From positions 6,381 to 70,380 of the forward strand of contig JACOYB010000007.1 in NCBI GenBank assembly GCA_016182085.1: a stretch of DNA of 64,000 nucleotides, in the 5' to 3' direction. Positions 61,029-64,000 of this stretch are shown here, piece after piece. The notes beneath the pieces were generated by a model. The model saw nothing but the letters and a program-made list of their open reading frames with translations. It made no database searches and was not told where the DNA came from. The DNA is from Candidatus Magasanikiibacteriota bacterium (lineage in GTDB: Bacteria > Patescibacteriota > Patescibacteriia > Magasanikbacterales > GWA2-37-8). The position numbers and the translations under genes are program-made. Each line of letters starts with the position of its first letter. Positions within the stretch are counted from its first letter, which is position 1.

Positions 61029-61113
61029 TATTTGTATACTACTGGTTTTTTTTATTTTGTCAAGAGTCCGACTGTGGATGATTGCTGTTTGCGCCCGTAA
61101 TGAAATGAAGGGC

Positions 61114-61461
61114 TTATTTTTTAACAGATTCAACCACTTTGGCGAAGATAGCTTTGTGATTTTCAGCTAAATTTGCCAAAATTTTTCTATCAATCGCAAC
61201 ATTGTTTTTCTTGAGCGCGTCTATAAAGCGGCTGTAGCTAAGACCGTATTCACGTACGGCAGCATTGATTTTAATATTCCAGATGCCGCGATTGGTGCGC
61301 TTTTTTATCTTGCGATCATTGAAAGCGTATTGACCGGCCTTCATTTTAGCCGGTTTGGCTAATTTAATTTTTGATTTTCGGCCCCAGCGGAAACCGCGAG
61401 TATGTTTTAATATGCCGCGGCGGCGTTTGGCGTGAAGTAGTCCACCTTTAATACGTGTCAT
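61114..61461 (-). CDS. rplT: 50S ribosomal protein L20
   Basis: MTRIK, DRK.KKR..R..W..INAAVR, IDRKILA. Confidence 0.97.
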   Translation of the reverse strand: MTRIKGGLLHAKRRRGILKHTRGFRWGRKSKIKLAKPAKMKAGQYAFNDRKIKKRTNRGIWNIKINAAVREYGLSYSRFIDALKKNNVAIDRKILANLAENHKAIFAKVVESVKK

Positions 61462-61477
61462 ACAATTTTATTTTATT

Positions 61478-61539
61478 TGTCATGCTGAATATATTGCAGC
61501 ATCTTTGTCCGTAGATCCCAAATCAAGTTCAGGATGACA
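61478..61539. repeat. REP-like palindromic element
   Basis: TGTCATGCTGAA...CAGCATCT...AGATCC...GTTCAGGATGACA. Confidence 0.8.
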
Positions 61540-61545
61540 GGTAAA

Positions 61546-61743
61546 TTAGTTATTTGGTAAGTTAGTGCCCATTACACGATTAAGCGTGGTGCTGGCAATT
61601 ACGTCTGATTTTTTGTTGCGGCCAACTTTGCCACTTTCACGGGAATTGAAATGGTTTTGTCCGGCCGTGCGTTTTATAATTTTTCCGGTTCTGGTGAGTT
61701 TGTATCTTTTGGATGTAGCTTTATGTGTTTTCATTTTTGGCAT
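61546..61743 (-). CDS. rpmI: 50S ribosomal protein L35
   Basis: MPKMKTHKATSKRYKLTRTGK; position between infC and rplT. Confidence 0.95.
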   Translation of the reverse strand: MPKMKTHKATSKRYKLTRTGKIIKRTAGQNHFNSRESGKVGRNKKSDVIASTTLNRVMGTNLPNN

Positions 61744-61831
61744 ATGTTTTATTTATATTGATAATCTCTGCTAAGTGAGATTGGTGGTTATTCTTAAAGA
61801 TCCTTCGGTTTATAACCTTAGGATGACCGTA

Positions 61832-62377
61832 TTATTGCTTGGCGATAATGGCGGTCACTTTATTAAATTGAAATTCTACGCCTTGGTCTTTTCTGATTGG
61901 TAACGCGGTATTGACGTTGCTCACGAATCTTTCAATTACTTCGGCAGCCATCGGTTTTTGCTGCATTTCCCGGCCTTTTAAAATTATTTCCACTTTTACT
62001 TTATCGCCCTCATTTAAAAATTTAATTGTTTGATTTTGTCTAATCTCCATATCATGCGGAGAAATACGGAGCGATAGGCGAATGCCCTTTACTTCCGTAA
62101 CGTGAGCGTGGGCCTGTTTTAAACGCTCTTCTTTTTCTTGTTGATATTTAAATTGGCCGAAATCAATAATTTTAGCTACCGGCGGACTTGACTTAGGGTT
62201 GATAAGCACCAAATCTAACTCTTGCTCTTTGGCAATTGCCATGGCTTTGTTTGGCGGCATAACGCCTAAATTTTTTCCGTCACTATCCAAAACCATTACT
62301 TCCGGCACGGTGATTCCTAAATTAAAAAAATAGGTTCGTTTTGGCTCGGGTTTATGTTTTTTGTGTGATATACGCAT
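61832..62377 (-). CDS. infC: Translation initiation factor IF-3
   Basis: LDLV.I.P...PPVAKI.DFG.FKY, GDKVKV, GRE. Confidence 0.96.
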   Translation of the reverse strand: MRISHKKHKPEPKRTYFFNLGITVPEVMVLDSDGKNLGVMPPNKAMAIAKEQELDLVLINPKSSPPVAKIIDFGQFKYQQEKEERLKQAHAHVTEVKGIRLSLRISPHDMEIRQNQTIKFLNEGDKVKVEIILKGREMQQKPMAAEVIERFVSNVNTALPIRKDQGVEFQFNKVTAIIAKQ

Positions 62378-62382
62378 AACTC

Positions 62383-62780
62383 TGGTGGAGGTGGCGAGAG
62401 TTGAACTCGCGTGTAGATAACTTTGACTAAACCTTCTACATACTTAGTGTCTCTTGGTATTTAATCAACCCGATAAAAGAGGACGAAAATCGGATTGACG
62501 AGCCGAGTAACTTCGTTGTGCGTCAGTCGGCGCTAACACATAACTACTCTCAGTTAATGACACCGCGGATCGGTTACTGAGTATTGCCGGCGCGATGGGT
62601 AACAGGCTATTAAGCCATTACCGGAGCCAAAGCGCGGGAACCAAACAAGTTGGCTACAGCTACTTTAGCTTTTGATAACAAGTTTACACTTATTATGGCG
62701 CTCTTTGTGATTTACGAGGATCAGAGCTTCCTCGGTATGCCGGTGTAGCCAGGAATTTCTATCGAAAGCCCGGCACCCCC
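62383..62780 (-). ncRNA. ssrA: tmRNA
   Basis: GGGGGTG...CACCTCC-A-CCA with G3.U70, T-arm GCGAGTTCAACTCTCGC, internal tag ORF, adjacent smpB. Confidence 0.93.
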
Positions 62781-63221
62781 TTAATTTTTTCTGGCTCTAT
62801 CCAGTTCTCGCTTCAAGTCTCTATTTTTTATAGACTCTCGTTTATCGTATAATTTCTTTCCTTTAGCTACAGCGAGTTCTATCTTAACTAATCGTCCCTT
62901 AGTATACACGCGTAAGGGGATGATTGTCAAGCCCTTTTCCACCGATTTTCCCTGTAAATAAGTGATTTGTTTTTTATGCAGTAATAGCCGGCGAGAGTGG
63001 GTGGGGTCATAGTCGGGCATAGGTCCGGCCGGTTTATATTTATTTATATGCATGTTAAGTATATAAGGTTGGCTGTCGTAAAAAGTAACGTAGGTCCCTT
63101 TTAGGTCTATTTGGCCAAGTTTAGCGGATTTGGTTTCTTGTCCGGTGAGCACCAAACCAGCCTCTAGTTTTTCCAGAATTTCATATTCAAAAAATGCTTT
63201 TTTGTTTTCGGCAAGTGACAT
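62781..63221 (-). CDS. smpB: SsrA-binding protein
   Basis: NKKAFF.Y, EAGLVLTG.E.KS, LLLHK, GKK.YDKRE. Confidence 0.97.
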   Translation of the reverse strand: MSLAENKKAFFEYEILEKLEAGLVLTGQETKSAKLGQIDLKGTYVTFYDSQPYILNMHINKYKPAGPMPDYDPTHSRRLLLHKKQITYLQGKSVEKGLTIIPLRVYTKGRLVKIELAVAKGKKLYDKRESIKNRDLKRELDRARKN

Positions 63222-63311
63222 AAGTTTTCTAAATCTTAGCAGAAACAGGAGTAATTGACAAACGTACAGGTTTACTTTTTCTCTTAAAAAGAGTAGAATG
63301 ATAAAAAGATT

Positions 63312-64000
63312 ATGATTAAATCAATATCACTCCATCCAAAATTAGCCGCAGTGCTTGATTTGATGATCAACTTATTCATGTTATGGTGGGTGCGGCAGTT
63401 CGGCGCTTGGTGGATGGTATGGACATGGCTTTGGCTCCGGGTAATAATTTGGGGTGTGTTTACCTGGATGGTATATTACCCCAAAGAAATCAGCAGGTGG
63501 AAGCATTTGCTGTCACTTGTAGTTATGACAGTTGGAACACTCGCATTTCTTTTGTTCATAGAATGGAAATTTGCGTGGTATTTATTCGGACTATTCTTTT
63601 CATTTTTTTCCTTTTATAGTTTTTGGCTGTTGCCGACATCCACCGTAAGTTTAGGCGTATTTTTAAAACCGCACTTGCGCTGGCGTTTTATCATGGCAGT
63701 CATTGGCCTGGCCGGCATCTTTGAAGGCGCGCAAGCCATTATTTCCTTTCAGATCGTTACTTCGGTCAGCACACTCACATGGTCCGTCATATCATCGGTT
63801 TTTGCGGCCGTATTTGCCGGTTGGTGGTGGTGGGAATATGGCACACCGATAAATAAACGATTTTGGATATGGGTGGCGCTCTGGTTTGTCTTGATGTTTG
63901 AATTATTCTGGGTGGTAAACTTTCTGCCGCTTGGTTATTTGGTAAGCAGTTTGATTTTAACGTGGTGCTGGTATGCGCTCTGGCTTCTGGCCAGGTTTAA
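63312..64000 (+). CDS. Trp-rich polytopic membrane protein (runs off window end; absent from ORF track)
   Basis: Open frame MIKSISLHPKLAAVLDL...ELFWVVNFLPLGY...; many hydrophobic helices. Confidence 0.7.
   Translation, partial: MIKSISLHPKLAAVLDLMINLFMLWWVRQFGAWWMVWTWLWLRVIIWGVFTWMVYYPKEISRWKHLLSLVVMTVGTLAFLLFIEWKFAWYLFGLFFSFFSFYSFWLLPTSTVSLGVFLKPHLRWRFIMAVIGLAGIFEGAQAIISFQIVTSVSTLTWSVISSVFAAVFAGWWWWEYGTPINKRFWIWVALWFVLMFELFWVVNFLPLGYLVSSLILTWCWYALWLLARF

Noticed and set aside
60888-61100. 70-aa ORF or type I toxin over the hairpin
   Set aside because: No SD or TM helix; G.U pairs, promoter and U tract favour a minus-strand non-coding RNA
63383-63619. 78-aa ORF from the track
   Set aside because: Out of frame within the longer membrane-protein ORF starting at 63312

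Overview
This window looks like AT-rich chromosomal DNA from a reduced-genome Patescibacteria (CPR) bacterium, probably Parcubacteria/ABY1. That placement is inferred from SD-less housekeeping genes, the pilM-receiver-pilin-pilD block, a SWIB protein, a VirD4-like ATPase beside dnaX, giant surface fibres and a long tmRNA tag. Housekeeping genes include secA/D/F, dnaX, cysS, ligA, folD, tdk, msrA, ppsA, prs, smpB-ssrA-infC-rpmI-rplT, tRNA-Gln and tRNA-Asp. The main observations are: (1) a compact cobalamin riboswitch with a terminator/antiterminator heads a three-gene operon resembling a surface-anchored transcobalamin-like B12 capture system plus an S-component-like transporter; (2) GC-richer ORFans each carry their own sigma70 promoter, strong SD and structured flanks, and two pairs of dissimilar ORFans share conserved, covarying non-coding frames; (3) a stand-alone ~100-nt hairpin RNA candidate has an anti-SD loop; (4) a ~185-bp element duplicates the 3' end of tRNA-Asp; (5) PpsA is fused to a TM helix and extracellular domain, and SecD carries a parvulin-like insert; (6) tmRNA abuts smpB and ends 5 nt before an AUG-start infC. 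There are also several REP-like palindromes and heptamer repeats, some inside genes. No CRISPR array, integrase, transposase or rRNA was seen. All calls come from reading the sequence; no searches were run.
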